Shown: positions 26,028-39,454 of the stretch, piece by piece
Layout of the letters: each line of letters begins with the position of its first letter
Position numbering within the stretch: the first letter of the stretch is position 1
Origin: Bilabrum cf. latius
Taxonomy: Eukaryota
Length of the DNA: 64,000 nt
Assembly (NCBI GenBank): GCA_965178125.1
Contig: OZ237764.1
Location: forward strand, 620,001 to 684,000
Reading direction: 5' to 3'
Made by a program: the position numbers and the translations under genes
Notes under the pieces: generated by a model
Database searches by the model: none
What the model saw: only the letters and a program-made list of their open reading frames with translations
What the model was told of the DNA's origin: nothing

Positions 26028-26687
26028 TTAGCTTGTTTCTTTGTCCTTTAATTCCTGTTGTATCGCTTGACATTTCTTCGTTTTTTGGTGCCTTTTTATA
26101 TGTCCTACATCAGACTTAGCACCACAAAATTCACAAATAACTGGCTTTCTCTTTCTTGCTCTCTCTCGGGCTATACGCTCCTCCGGTGTGTATATTTTCA
26201 TTGGTTCTTTCCCCTCTGCTTCTCTTTTCTTTCTCCGTTTCTCTTTATCCTTATGTAATATTGTTTCTTTATTCTCTTCATAATATTTCTTCTTCTTTAT
26301 TTTGAGTTCCTCTTTGTTTCTTTCTCTCCATTTTTTTGTTAGTATAGCTTGCTCTTTTTTATGTTCTTCTCTGTATTCCTTTTTGGTTCTTCCCGCTACT
26401 ATTTTATTAACACAATCAAGTTTTCTAATCCATTCTCCTTCACGCCTTTCTAGTTCTCTTTTAGAGCTACACGGGTAATCTTCTATTAGTTCAATTCTAG
26501 CATCGCCACAGTCCATCACCTTTAAACTAGTTAAATAGACTGCTTTATGTTTGAGAGTTTTATTCCTCCAATCCTTCTTATGTTGGGCAAATCTTTTACA
26601 TAGTTCCTGAATGCTTGAACCTATATATTGAAGTCCAGTTGAAGGAGACCATAAACGATAAATTTTCCCTTTTGAGTAGTCAGGCAT
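26028..26687 (-). CDS. GIY-YIG endonuclease with C-terminal zinc finger
   Basis: GKIYRL...QYIGSS...KRFAQH, LERREGEWI, CEFCG..HIKRHQKTKKC. Confidence 0.9.
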   Translation of the reverse strand: MPDYSKGKIYRLWSPSTGLQYIGSSIQELCKRFAQHKKDWRNKTLKHKAVYLTSLKVMDCGDARIELIEDYPCSSKRELERREGEWIRKLDCVNKIVAGRTKKEYREEHKKEQAILTKKWRERNKEELKIKKKKYYEENKETILHKDKEKRRKKREAEGKEPMKIYTPEERIARERARKRKPVICEFCGAKSDVGHIKRHQKTKKCQAIQQELKDKETS

Positions 26688-26754
26688 ATTATTATTTGTA
26701 TAATGATATACTAAAATTATTTATAAGTAGTTTTTTTGCGTATTTTCTTAAGTC

Positions 26755-28644
26755 TTAACTCGTACTGAGCAGGGCTTCTAAATCGTCTGTTTTCATTGCC
26801 GCACCTCCACGTGCTTCTAATCTTCCCCCTAACTTATTAAGTTCTCCTCCTCTATTTCCATATCCTAGACTAGACGCCGCTTTGCCAAGAGCGGTATTGT
26901 CTCCTGTTAGACTTTTGAGTGGTCCTATATTCCTAATGGTTTTCGCTAGGTTTTTAGCCTAATCACTTTTTGCCCAATCTTTAACCTTGTTCCATCCGTG
27001 TTTAAAGGCTCGTCCAATCTTAGACCAGAAACGACCTTTTCCACCCATAACATTAGCATAATTATCTAAATCCTCAAATACAGGCTAGAAACCTTTAGAA
27101 CCACTCTCAGCATCACCACGTTTAGCAAGTTCAGAAAGCACTTTGGAAGGCTCAATAAGGGCACCAGCCTCAGTATAGACACCGTTATCATTCACAAGAA
27201 CATTATCATAAAACATCCATACTTTTATCTCGTATTTATCCTCATTCGCACCATCCGCATATTTATTATAAGGGTTGAAGCACTGAAGATTAACTTTAAG
27301 ATTAAATCCAGTATTTACATTAGATTGAACACCAGCAAGTGTAGCAACATCTGAAGGTTTTAAAATCATATAGCAACCAGTACCGCGGTTTCCATCACTT
27401 CCATCAATTGATGAACCATAAAAGGATGAAGGAGGAAGAGCATATCCGTTCTTTCTACTAATTCTATATAATTCGTGTGGATTATCTACAGCCCCTAATT
27501 CCTCAGCACTTCCATTGAGTGAGAAACCTATTCTTCTAATTGGTAAAGTTCTATTAGCCCAGTTAGGGTTATCATCACAACCAACAAGGCGGGCACATAC
27601 CATAATAGCACTAGGGATACCATTCTCACGGGATAATTGATAATCAAAAGAAGTTAAAGAATTTTCAGTTGCGGATTTAGGTACAGGGACAGGCGCCTAA
27701 GACTATAATTTAATTGTAGGCATATTATACATACAACGAGTCGGGGGGGCGTATCCACTCTAAAATTCAACTTCATCAACAAGAAGGGTCGTATTTGTTT
27801 CTCCTATAATTGACTAACCCGTTATTTTATTAATATCTCCGTTATCTTTTGTAAAACTAGCCTTACACAGTCTTTGAATAGCATTTACGTGATAATCTAA
27901 ATCAACTTGAAGGCTTCTCACACCGGTGAAATATTTAGCATTCACATCAACATCTGCTCCTTTTAGTGGTATAGCTTCTTGAAAATCAATAGTCCAATCA
28001 ATTTGGTCTCTATTACCCGCAACGAAATCAGCACTTACAGTCGTAAAAGCATTCCCATATGCTCCACGATAACTAAAGCTATCACCGGCACTATATCCAA
28101 CATCCTAACCCCAAGCTAAAGGATTTTTAAGGGTATCACTTACTTCACGATAATCACCAACAGTGTCAGGGCGTCCAACGGGTGAGATTGTGGATAAGGT
28201 TTCTTCACTGTTCATAACTTCAGTAGGTTCAGCCCATTCATAAACTTTTACTGTAAAAGGCTATCCATTAATTGTTAAAACACCACCTTGAAGCATTTTA
28301 AAGGTAGGTAATGAATTAGTTCCAAACCTAGATTTAAGATAAGATTGAGCGGTAATAGCATCACCTCCAGCAGTTTGAGCTGGCACTGCTTGCTCTAGTT
28401 GTAGCCTAACTGTCATACGATGACGAAGACGAATAAACCTTGATACGGTTTTACTAGTAGGATTAACGGGGAAAGAAAGGGGAAGAAGAGAATTAGATTG
28501 ATTAGATGATGGTCTAATTTCTCGGCGGGTATATTTTTGAACACCTAGTTCTGTTCCTAAACTAGCATCTTCAGGGGTTATCATTTGAAGGCTTTTAGGA
28601 GCCTTAATGCTTACTGGTAAATTCTGAACCATTTGTTGAGCCAT
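26755..28644 (-). CDS. Virophage major capsid protein (629 aa)
   Basis: One frame across TAG codons; size, position after penton and a basic Gly-Gly tail (VMGGKGRFWSKIGRAF) fit virophage MCPs processed by the adenain-like protease. Confidence 0.85.
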
Positions 28645-28715
28645 TTTTTTATATATACACTATAGATATAAATTTTTTAATATCTAAACATATTTTATAA
28701 TCTTCTATAATTTAT

Positions 28716-29669
28716 TTAAAAATCTAAACTTAAATTATCGGTTTGTTTTTTAAATACTTGTTTAATGTGAGCTTCACCCCCGTTAAAATTCATTACGGGA
28801 TACTTTTCATTTTGTTTATCAACCCAGTAGAACGCCATTGACACGCTCTTAAAGCTTCTATCCTTCATCATTGAATACCAGCGGTAAGGATTAGAAACAT
28901 ATAATATATTTTCTATTGGTGAGCTGTCATTAGGATTATACGGGTAGCTGGTTAATATAGGGGATTTATTGACGGCTATAGAGCCACCAGTAGATGATTT
29001 AGTGGTCACCAATTCTTTATTAACTGGAATATCACTTTCTACGATAATAGATTTAACAGGGCACCAAGAATTTAAATTCGTCTATCTAGCCATAAAAACA
29101 TAATCACCACTAGCAGGGGAATTATTATATGAAAGTTTAGCAAATAAATCACTCGGTGTGGTTGTTATTCCTTCATATTCAAATTTATCAAATAAAGCAA
29201 AAGCTTCAAAATTAACAAATAAATAATAATTATCTCTAAAATCTTCAGTTGTTGATAAACTCCATTTATTATTTTCAAATTTAAAGACTGGTTTATCACC
29301 ACTTGGAAGGCTTACCAAATCACAAATTCGGCTTAACTCTTCATTAAATTCATTTACAATATCCTAATATGAATAATAAAATTTAGCTTTTTTACCTAGA
29401 ACTATATAATCGCCTGCTCTGGCTCCTGATGTTTTATTCTCAAGAGTAAATTTTAAATAGGTTTTACCGCTGTCATCCTAATATTCAGGTTTAAACACCG
29501 GTAGCATAAATTTATTTAAATCCATCTCTTCAACAGCCGTTAAATAATTTTCACTTTGTTTTAATATTAAGCCTTCACGGGTTTCATTCACTACCGCCTA
29601 TCTCGTCTAATTGTGGGGGACAGATGAACTAACTAAATTCAATCTTACAAATTCATCGCTATAACTCAT
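28716..29669 (-). CDS. Penton/minor capsid protein (317 aa)
   Basis: NETREGLILK..NYL at N-terminus, FYWVDK..YPV..IKQVFKK at C-terminus; lies between protease and MCP. Confidence 0.8.
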
Positions 29670-30005
29670 TTTATTTATATATTAAAGCTATACAAATAAA
29701 TATTTATTAATAAACCTTATCTAATATTTCACCTTGATTTTTACCCTTCACTTTTACCAATATATTTAAAAGTTTGATTGAATTTAGATGGATGAAAAAT
29801 AGCCCTTCTAAAACGATGGAACTTTTCTAAATAAAAGGGCTTATATCTTCATTTCACCTTCACAAGAGGCCCTACATCCACGTTTTGCTAGAAAACACTA
29901 TAATATATACGCAATTTGTGGATATAGCCATCGTATGGATTTTATTTTAGAGATAATCATATTTTATTATTTTATTCTAGCCCTTTTATTAGAAGGGCGG
30001 GGTAT

Positions 30006-30581
30006 TCAATGTAGAAGCAACGCCACTAACTAATCAGGACTAAGAGCCATAATTTTGGATATTCTAAACATTTCATTTACAAACTAATCATTAGTTAAGA
30101 ATGAGAAAACAGTTCTTAATAATGCCCATCTTCCACAAGTAGCACTCTAATTAGCATAACTCTAAATAGGTTTATTATTATAGTCAATTTTCCAGCCGTG
30201 TAATTTCTACGTCAATAAATATTTAACTAGTGTGTTCTCTTCTCCTTCTCCTTGATACAATTGGTTTCTATTAATAAATGGTTTCTATTGGTCGGGTTTT
30301 TCTCCATAGCTATCAAAAAAATAAATAGTTTTATTATTTTCGTCCTAAGTAAGAGCGCAATAATGACCGTATGTGCTATTTAGTCCCGTCTTTTTATTAG
30401 GATAATAAATAATTACGCCGTCATAACCATCAAAAATATGTTCAATAGATGAGGTCTATTTAATAATATCATCGTAAATAACTATTCTAGGTTTGTAATT
30501 CAAATGTGCTACACCTAATTTTTGAATTTCTAAAGGAGATAACGGTGTTTGGACTAGTCTATTTAAGTCGTTTATGTTCAT
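30006..30581 (-). CDS. Adenain/Ulp1-like maturation cysteine protease
   Basis: GHYCAL, YFFDSYG, KPI*SYAN*SATCGRW (His/Asp/Gln/Cys); ends in TGA. Confidence 0.9.
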
Positions 30582-30589
30582 TTATATAT

Positions 30590-31660
30590 TCAATAGAGAA
30601 ATATTTTTTTTGTGCTAACTACATAATTATTATCAACATTAATAGCAACATAACCAAAGAGAGGGAGAGAATGAAGGGTTTTTTTAATTCGTTTTCTAGT
30701 AGGAGCGTCAAAACTTAAGACTGTTTCTAAAATATATTTTAAACTTTTAGCTGTAATTGTTTTATAAATGATATGGGTTGTAATTTCGTTCATAATGGTT
30801 CGTGTCTTCATACCGTCGCTTATTTTGTGGGTGATGTCTAAAACACTACTTGCTGTGTGCCTTCCTGTAGTTGCTAGGATTTCCAATAAAAAATAAGCCT
30901 TTGCTTTCTGGTTCCTTTTTTTAAAGCCTTCGTAATCATCCAGAATAAATAAATTAGGTTCAGCGGTCAATTTTTTAAAAAACTCAACATTTAATTTAAA
31001 ACCTTTTTCTATTAAATCTTTCTCAGGTTTTAAATCCTCTATCTTTCTTTCAGCTTCAATAACAACATCTAAAGGTTTAGATTTCATCAAAGAAGATTTT
31101 TTATATTTAAATTCTAATTTCATTTTTTTATAATAAGCCATTTTTTCCTTATATAAAGTGTTTTCATTCTCTTTAACCAAATCATCTATATCAATGAAGG
31201 TCGCGCCTTCTCTTTTATATTTAGGGTCTTGAATTGGTGATATAACATACATATTTTTATATTTTAATCCTCTATACATCCTTATATAATGTAAAGCTAA
31301 ATGACTTTTCCCGCTTCCACTCTTACCAAATAATCGCACATATTCACGCCCCTATGGAAAGAGCATAGGAAAAGGTAAATATTGACTATTATCTTTAATC
31401 GCAAATTCCTAAACTGACCGTATATATTCATCTTGTAATAGTTTATGTAATTGTTCCCTTTTCTTGTCCTTATCAACGTTATATCTTACTCGGCTTTCTC
31501 CGTAATAAGATTTTAAAACATCATCTGTTATCTCTTCCGCTTTGACGTGTTGAATATCTTTAGCGTTCGGGTCGTAATAAATAAACCGGTTCTATTGTGT
31601 TTTTTTATATTTTTGAATAGCTACAATATGGCTATTTTCCGTATATTGTAAAGATAGCAT
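30590..31660 (-). CDS. FtsK/HerA (A32-like) packaging ATPase
   Basis: Walker A GKSGSGKS, LFILDD, TGRH; 5' extension to MLSL start across TAG. Confidence 0.9.
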
Positions 31661-31752
31661 TATATATAATAATAAAATAAAATAAACCATTTATTCACAC
31701 GGGTTTAAAATATTAAGTTGGTTCCTTCTTCTATCCTTCCTCACAAAAAAAG

Positions 31753-32568
31753 TTATAGAGACATAATTATATTTTTAATTTCCGCCCGTGTTTTCCTATT
31801 TATGTATTGGTCAATCCACGATATTATCTTATTAATATTTGCTTTAGAATACTTTGAAAATTGTTTTATTATTTCCACATTTCCTAATGCTTTTCTCATT
31901 AGTCCTTTTAGGCTTTGAAATGATTTTGACTTCTCGCTTTGATGTCCTTTTATTCTTAGCATACTTTCTAATCGCATTCTTATGGAATATAAATATCCTA
32001 ATGCTTCCCTATCAATTAAATCATTGACTCTTTTTTCATTCCTCTTCTCACCTCTTAATTTAAATAAATCCTTCAATCGTTTTAATACTTTAAAATTATT
32101 AGAACCAAAATATTTATCTACATCTCTTATTAATCCATCTTTTACCTCGTCCTAATCTATTTCATAATCACTTATATGATAAATTATGCTTATTTCATCT
32201 ATAAATTTTCCATCAAAAGCCCAAAAATCAATTTTTAAGTATGGTTTATCTCCGCTAAATATCTATTTATAAATGGTTTTAACGGGTGTAGATATGAATG
32301 CTTTTATGGTCTTGTATTTTTTATTACCAGCTTTAACCTCAATAAAATTAACCTAACTTATAAAAACCTTTACAAATCTTATTAAACTATTTATAAATTC
32401 AGGCTCTACCCTCTAATATAAATCTATATCACTAGCAAACAAGGAATAATAAGGAATAGCATACGAACCATTTAAAAATAAATTAGCCCCCTTCTTAAAA
32501 TTCACCTCATCAAATATATCGTTCTCGTATTCATTAAAATAAGCTTGTGTCAATTCATTAATTTTCAT
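31753..32568 (-). CDS. Conserved virophage protein with nucleotidyltransferase-like GS...DID motif (Sputnik V21-like)
   Basis: FLNGSYA...ASDIDLY, FIEVKAG, LKIDF, FKVLKRL; immediately upstream of the ATPase. Family recalled, not searched. Confidence 0.6.
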
Positions 32569-32625
32569 TATATATTATAAGTATGGATAAATAACAAATT
32601 ATATATACCCAATATATACAATAAT

Positions 32626-33015
32626 ATGAGCGTTAAATAGAGCATAAATGATATGACAAATAAAAGCCTTCATCATCTTGGAATAAACAGAAATGATTAT
32701 AAAAAAGAAATTGATAAAATGGTTGAAGATACCGCAAACCAAATATTAAACGCAACCACAAAAGGAAAGACAAAAGGGGGAGCTGTAAACTTTCTTGGTG
32801 GATAGCCGAACGTTCTCGCTGGAGGTCCCAATTATCTCGCTGGAGGAAAAAAGAAGGGTTCAAAGAAAGCCCCTAAAGCTAAAAAGCCCCGTAGTGCTAA
32901 ATAGTTAAAGAGGGATAAATTAATGAAATGGTGCCGTCAAAAGGGAATGACAATGAAAGCCAGCAATGCTTTTATAAAGAAACACGACCTTATGAATAAG
33001 GATATTTCATTTTAA
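32626..33015 (+). CDS. Basic Gly-Gly-containing putative core protein
   Basis: Repeated LxGG motifs, Lys-rich, C-terminal RDKLMK..GMTMKASNAFIKKH similar to 50764-51003. Confidence 0.6.
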
Positions 33016-33092
33016 AAGACAGCCTACCAATTGACAAATTATCTCTTAAGTTTATAAATTATTAATTATATCATTAATAATATATATATACA

Positions 33093-35162
33093 ATGTCAAA
33101 CAATACAATTAATGATTTACTGAAGGGTATTATGTAGAAACGGTCTAATCAACTTAGGATACAAAATGACCCACAAGTTAGATTAATGATATAGCAAGAA
33201 GAAGATGAAGCAGAAGCCAGAAGAAAAACCCTAAAAGATGATGCTTTTCTTCGTGCTAATTATGTTCCTATTGATGTTAGAATTGAAAGACAACAACAAC
33301 AACAAGGAATTGAAAATATTATTAAAAATATTAAGACTATGAACGCTAAAAAAGAATTACCAATTTATCAAATAGAAAATTTACAATCATTTATAAATAG
33401 AAATCCAGATTTACCGGATAAATTAAAAAGATAGGTTGTAGATACCATTAATAATATTAATGTAAGGTAGGTAGTAGGACCAGCAAGCGATAAGAAAAAG
33501 GTATTTGATGGAATTAAAAATATTAATATGAGATTATTTACAACCACTAAAGCACAACGGGACGCAGTATTAGAACAATTACCAAGCGATATGAGAGGAT
33601 TAAAAGCAGTTCAAATACGAAACGCTTTACGACAAGCTGGAATCACGAAAACCCCCCAAGGGTAGAATGTTTCACAATTAACAAAAGTTGATGACGCTGT
33701 TAATGCTTTATAGGATGTGTTAAATCCTCCTGAAGCCGTTCAACAATAGCAAAGAGATGACCCGCAACCTGATAGACCTGAACCAGATAACCCACAACCG
33801 CCACCAGAACCAAGACCAAAACCCCCTCCAACACCACAAGAAGCATTAAGCCCAGAACTACAAGAACAAATTGAAGCACTTGAAAGAGTAGCAAACGCCA
33901 ATCCTTCAAGTAGTAGAAAAGCACCAAAGAAAACCGAACTAGCATCAATACTTAGATAGTCAAATGTTAAAGGTGTAAAAGGACGGTCTAAAGTTGATTT
34001 TATAAAAAGTGCTTAGAAGAAATTATCAGAACTTAAACAAAAAGCACAAGAACAAGAGGCATCACAATCATCAGGACAAGAAGAAGAAGGGGAGAACGCC
34101 AGTAGAAATTTATCAGGCTAGTTTTCAAAAGTATCACCCGCACCAGTTCCACCTAGTGGATTCTTACAAGCATCACCAGCACCACAAGGACAATCACCAG
34201 AACAAGAACAAGGACAATCACCAGAACAACAACAAAGCACATTTGGTTCTTTAGGACAATCGGTTATGGATGGTATCAGTTATTTAACAGGAAAAACAGG
34301 CTCACAACCACAAGCACCCCCCGCAGGTCAAGACAGAGGAAAAGGTGAAGCGATGGCAGTAGATGAAGATGGAGAACCTATTACAGATGAATTTGGAAGA
34401 CAACTTACAGAAGTTCAATTCAGACAAAGACAAGCACAGGCAGAACGAGATGAAGCACAAAGACAACAAGAAGAAAAAGAAAGACAAGCTAGAGAACGGA
34501 GGGGAGCCCCAGATGAAGAACCAAGAGATGGAGAAGCCGTAGAACAAGCACAACCAGCAGAACCAGCAGAACCACAAGAACCAGAAGAACCACAGAAAAC
34601 AGATGATGAAATAGCCAAATCAATAGGACAATCAATAAATGTAAAAACAGGTTCAACTAAGGAATAGATATTATCACAATTACAAAAAGCTGGAATAAAT
34701 CCAGTAGAATCAAAAACCGCAACTACATTAAAATATATTGTACGAAGGCTTAAAGCCGGAGTATTACAACCTAATCTACCACCTGAGAGAATCGCTGATT
34801 TAGTAGCCAGAGCAAATACAGAAGGAAGAGATACAAGAGCAGTTAGTAGACAAGCAAAAAGTATTCTTACTGATAACGGTTATCAAATGGATGGAATACC
34901 TATATGGACATATTCACCACCAGCTCAAGGTTTCGGAAATAAAGACCCTTATAATATGTTAATGAAAGCTATTAATTTAATTATTGATTAGAAAATAAAA
35001 ACATAGAACAGGGGCGGTAGTTGTGGATGTGGCAAGCATAAAGGAGGACAAATTGAACAAGAATATTTTAATGTAGCCGGTGGTAAAGGTAATCATAATG
35101 TGAAGGACAAGGTAAAACAAATCTTATATCAACACTTTGAAAAACTAAGATTATTAAAATAA
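33093..35162 (+). CDS. Large Gln/Pro/Glu-rich hypothetical protein (~689 aa)
   Basis: Frame contains track ORF 34266-34667 and appears to extend both ways across TAG to TAA at 35160. Confidence 0.65.
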
Positions 35163-35207
35163 TTAGTCTATAGGATAATAATATTTTGTTTTGTATAGAT
35201 ATATATA

Positions 35208-35825
35208 ATGGCAGAGTTAGTAGCAACAGCAAGCACGGTTGGTGGGGTGTTGGTTCCTCTAGGATATGCGGGATGCTTCCTTTGGAACTTATGTTCCTCA
35301 CTTGCGAATCGTAAAAAATTGTGTTTAGTCCTTCCACGAAAAGGAGGTAAAAGTTCACTTAACAAAAGTTTAACGTCTATAGACCCGAATATTCTATTAG
35401 TTGATTTAGATGAAGTCCTTAAAGTTAATGCTGACACCAAACAGGTCGTACATTTGAATGACGCCGAAGCTAGGGGCGACGTATCAACAGCCAAACTTTT
35501 AAAATTTGAGCTTATGAAAAAAAGCATTGAGAAAGTTAAATCAAATTGGTTATAGAAAGCAGAACATAGAGCCGTCTTTCTTACTTCAGATTTTGACCTA
35601 GCAAAAGAAATATTCAAGCCCTCCAGCGTGTGTGTAGCAATACCAAGCGATAAACTATACAGCAATATCTCTAAAGATTTAGACGAGAAGGATAAAGCAG
35701 TAGCTAGACATTCACGAGCTGAATTTTTGAAGAGCTTTAACCCTAATGAATATAGCGTATATAATACCTTTGAAGGGCTTTCATAGATGGTGATGAATGT
35801 CTATGGTCTTACATATAGGGTCTAA
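35208..35825 (+). CDS. P-loop protein with hydrophobic N-terminus
   Basis: LVLPRKGGKSSL, LLVDLDE; homologous to inner 45275-45892. Confidence 0.7.
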
Positions 35826-35861
35826 TTATTTGAATATTATTAAATAATAAATTAATAATAT

Positions 35862-37019
35862 TTATTTAGTCTTATTATTAAAATTATCCTTTAGGGTTTT
35901 TGATATATTTTTAGCCGGCTCCGTTGTTATCTTCCATTGAATTAAATATTCATCTTGTCCCTCTTTATTCTTTCTTCTCTTTATTATTTTACCTATATCA
36001 TTCTAATATTTTCTTTTAGTAGCCTCATCAACATATGAATCTTTCCATTTAACCCTGTATGTATTATTTTTATTCTTTCTTATCAATTTTTCAATTATAA
36101 ATATATCTTGTGCTTTATTCTCGTATGGTTTAGATGCTAATAACAACTAATCTCTATTAAAGTATGTATAGGGTATGCCCTCAATTTTATATAATGGGGG
36201 GTTATCTGGTTTTATTATTACTCTTTCAATTTTATAAGGCTTTACGCTATATTTAATATCTCCCGCCCTAAATGCTCCGGTTTCCTTTATCCCTTCTATA
36301 CTTCTAGGATAATCTAATCCTATTCTTACCATTTCGCCCTCATTTAATACATCACATACTTCACCCTAACATCTAGGCGGTATATATGGTAGATTCTCCC
36401 TTTTCTTATTCAACATTTCCTATCTTGTTTTATAACGCTCGTTTAATATCTCCCTCAACTTTGGTATTAAATGTCTCCAGTTCGTAATAGTTGTCCCCGT
36501 TCTTATCTCCTATGAATTCAAATAATAAAATATAGCTCTCCCTATTTCCTCATTCAATCTCTCCACCAAAGCCATCTACGATTTACGCTTCACTCTTGAA
36601 AATATATGCTCTATCTTATTCTTCTTTAGATATTCTTTAAATGATTCATTATCAAATTCTCCCCCTTTATCTGTTCGTATCATTTTAGGTTTCATTAAAT
36701 AATTTCTTTTATAGATTTTTTGAAAAGCTTTTATCACATCCTCCGCCCCTCTATCCTTTAACTCTTCAAAATCTAACGCTAATCCGCTAGTATCTATCAC
36801 AACTAATAAATATTTTGAATCGTTCTTGGTAGCGTAAGGGAGATACAATAAATCAGCCTATTGGATAAGCCCCTCTTTAGTAGGTTTATAATATTTAACA
36901 TAATTCAATCCTTTCGGTTTCTTTATCGGCTTCATTAAATCGTTCGTGATAGACTTCGTATTAAATCCAAAACTTGATTCATTAATATCATTATCTTTTT
37001 TCTTTCCTCTCTTACTCAT
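35862..37019 (-). CDS. rve (retroviral-type) integrase with C-terminal chromodomain-like segments
   Basis: Q*ADLLYLP, YLLVVID, IRTDKGGEF, ALVERLN (DDE); YRVKWK and YLIQWK..TEPAKNI. Confidence 0.9.
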
Positions 37020-37059
37020 TATATATATTAATTGATTTTAATATTTATAAATTAATTAT

Positions 37060-37431
37060 TCACGAATTAAAAAGCCTATTAATAGCTTCATTCGTTTTAA
37101 TGTGCTCCTTGGTGTCTCTTATCTCCTAATGGATATCAACCAGCTTTAATTTTTCTTTCTTAGTGAGTCCGTTCATCCTTCCTTTTAATGCTTTTAAAGT
37201 TTTCATATAAGGGGCTATAGCTTCTGCTTTCTTTTTGCTCACCTCTTTATATTCCACATTAAGAGCGGTTAATTTACTATTCACTTTATTTTTTAATTCT
37301 GTCTCTTTTATTTTTAGTTGCTTTAACTTTTGTTCTAATTCACGATTGGTCTTCTTAAAGTCTTCTACAATATCAAGAAATTCATTCTTTAACTTTGAGC
37401 GGGTATTAATCACTTTTTGTAATTTATCCAT
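37060..37431 (-). CDS. Coiled-coil hypothetical protein
   Basis: Lys/Glu/Leu-rich ORF extended across one TAG to TGA. Confidence 0.55.
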
Positions 37432-37596
37432 TTATATATAATTACTAGATATTTTTTTTATTTTTTTTAAACTATAGAATTTTATAAAACGGGTTTAATA
37501 AATTAAAATAAAATATTGGGCTACATTATAATATGTTCGTTAAGTTCCTGTTATCAAGTGTCAACGTTAAAAAGGTATTCCAGAATAAAAGCATCT

Positions 37597-38199
37597 GGGG
37601 GGGGACAACAGGTGGTGGTAGGTACACCAAGCGTTTAGGACGAGGGCTACGCTACGCTCGCCCCTCCTTTAAAGGCATATTTAGCAACTCAAGTGTTTCC
37701 CCTATAAACCTAAATGATTTCACAGGGGGTTCCCCAAGAACCCCTATAGAACCCCTCTATGTACCCATTTTCAGATATAAAATTTACTCCTACGAAGTAG
37801 GGGTAAATTGAAGAATTCTAATATTTAACCCCCTTATAAACTCTAACAGCAAAGACAGAGATGTTTTAGTAAAGTAGGAAAAAATGAAGAAATTAACCAA
37901 GTGTCCAAAATATCTCTGTGTTTGCTGTAGGAACGGAAGGATGAATTCCCAAGAGACCAAGAGACCAACCGAGGATTTCCCCAAGAGAACAAGGTATTTT
38001 ATCAAGAGACCGAGGTATGTTCCCAAGCGACAAACCGACAAACCGACCGATGAACCGACCAAGGATTTCCCAAGATGCTCGGGCTTTGCCCTCCGCTCTT
38101 TTGATATCTTTTTCAAAGATTGGATTTCCCAAGGATTTCCCAAGCGACTAAATTGTTCTCCGAAGCAACCAAACCGATTACCCAAGAGATGATACATTA
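37597..38199 (+). repeat. Left TIR of inner virophage
   Basis: Reverse complement of ~53541-54107 apart from a 47-bp insert and short-repeat copy differences; 38195-38300 also matches 53190-53295 inverted. Confidence 0.9.
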
Positions 38200-38341
38200 A
38201 AAGGAAAATAAAAAACAAATTATAATTGTTTTCCAATTAAAAACACAAAAATTGATTGAAAAATTTTGACAATATAGGATACAAAGAAATATTAAAATTA
38301 AGCAAGGAAAAGCATACCTCTATTAAAGAACTATATAGCAA

Positions 38342-39397
38342 ATGAGTAGCGCCTTTGAAAGAATATTACAATCCCTAAACATTTATCCCAACAGTCGTAT
38401 TGTAAATTTAATGAAACGACCAAAACGACCCAAAGGAGTAAATCGACCCCACGTAAATGTACCAGAACCTCACCAAGTGGTACAAATGGATTTATTATCA
38501 TTACCCCACGACAATAATTATAAATACGCATTAACTGCTATTGATTTACATACAAAGTAGGCCGATGCTGAACCGCTCAAAACCAAGCGTTAGAACGAAG
38601 TATTAAAGGCATCAAAAAAGATTTTCAATCGTGGTAATGTCCAGAAACCGCAGCACCGTTTGGAAATAGATAATGGAAAAGAATTTAACGCTTTACAAAG
38701 ATATTTAGAAGAGAGCGATGTATTTGTACGAAGAAATAAAGCAGGTCGCCACCGACAACAAGCATTAGTGGAAAACCTAAATAAAACGTTGGGAAAAGCC
38801 ATATTTACCCTATAGAACGTTAATGAGTTAAATACAGGTAATGAAAGCGTAGAATGGGTGGATATGCTTCCAAACATCATTGAAAACTATAATGAATATC
38901 AACTAGAAAAGTATATAGAAGAACCACCTTTACCCCCAGAACACTTCGACTTTACGTAGTGTAAAGGAGACGCTTGTAATATATTGGAAGAGGGTACAAG
39001 AGTTCGTATACCATTAGAAGAACCCAGAAAGGCTACAAATTTACAGCAAAAATTATCCGGAAATTTTCGTGCTTCAGATTTACGCTATAATCCAGAAATC
39101 AAAACGATAACTAAAGTATTACTAAGACCGAGACAACCACCCTTATATGTTGTGGATTAGGATGATTTAGTGGCTTATCCAAAAGAGGAATTACAGATTA
39201 TCGACTTTGATAATGAGGACAATAACCGAGATGCTCAGACAATCTTTCTGCCAAAAAAAATAAAATCCGAGAACGAAACAGAATATCAAATAGAATGGAA
39301 AGATTTTCCAGAACCAGAACATTGGACGTGGGAACCAAAGAATAAAATCCAAGAAATTGCTCCTAATTTAATTTTGGAGTGGGATATAGAAAATTGA
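38342..39397 (+). CDS. rve integrase with chromodomain (inner)
   Basis: VQMDLLSLP, YALTAID, LEIDNGKEF, QQALVENLN; YQIEWKDFPEPEHWTWEP. Confidence 0.9.
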
Positions 39398-39454
39398 GAT
39401 GCCCCGTATCGTACCTTAAGGATTATTTTCGTATTCTATAGTACAACAACAAAA

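Noticed and set aside
37790-38236. ORFs within the inner TIRs (also 53451-53915)
   Set aside because: They arise from short-repeat TIR sequence on both strands, with no recognisable motifs.
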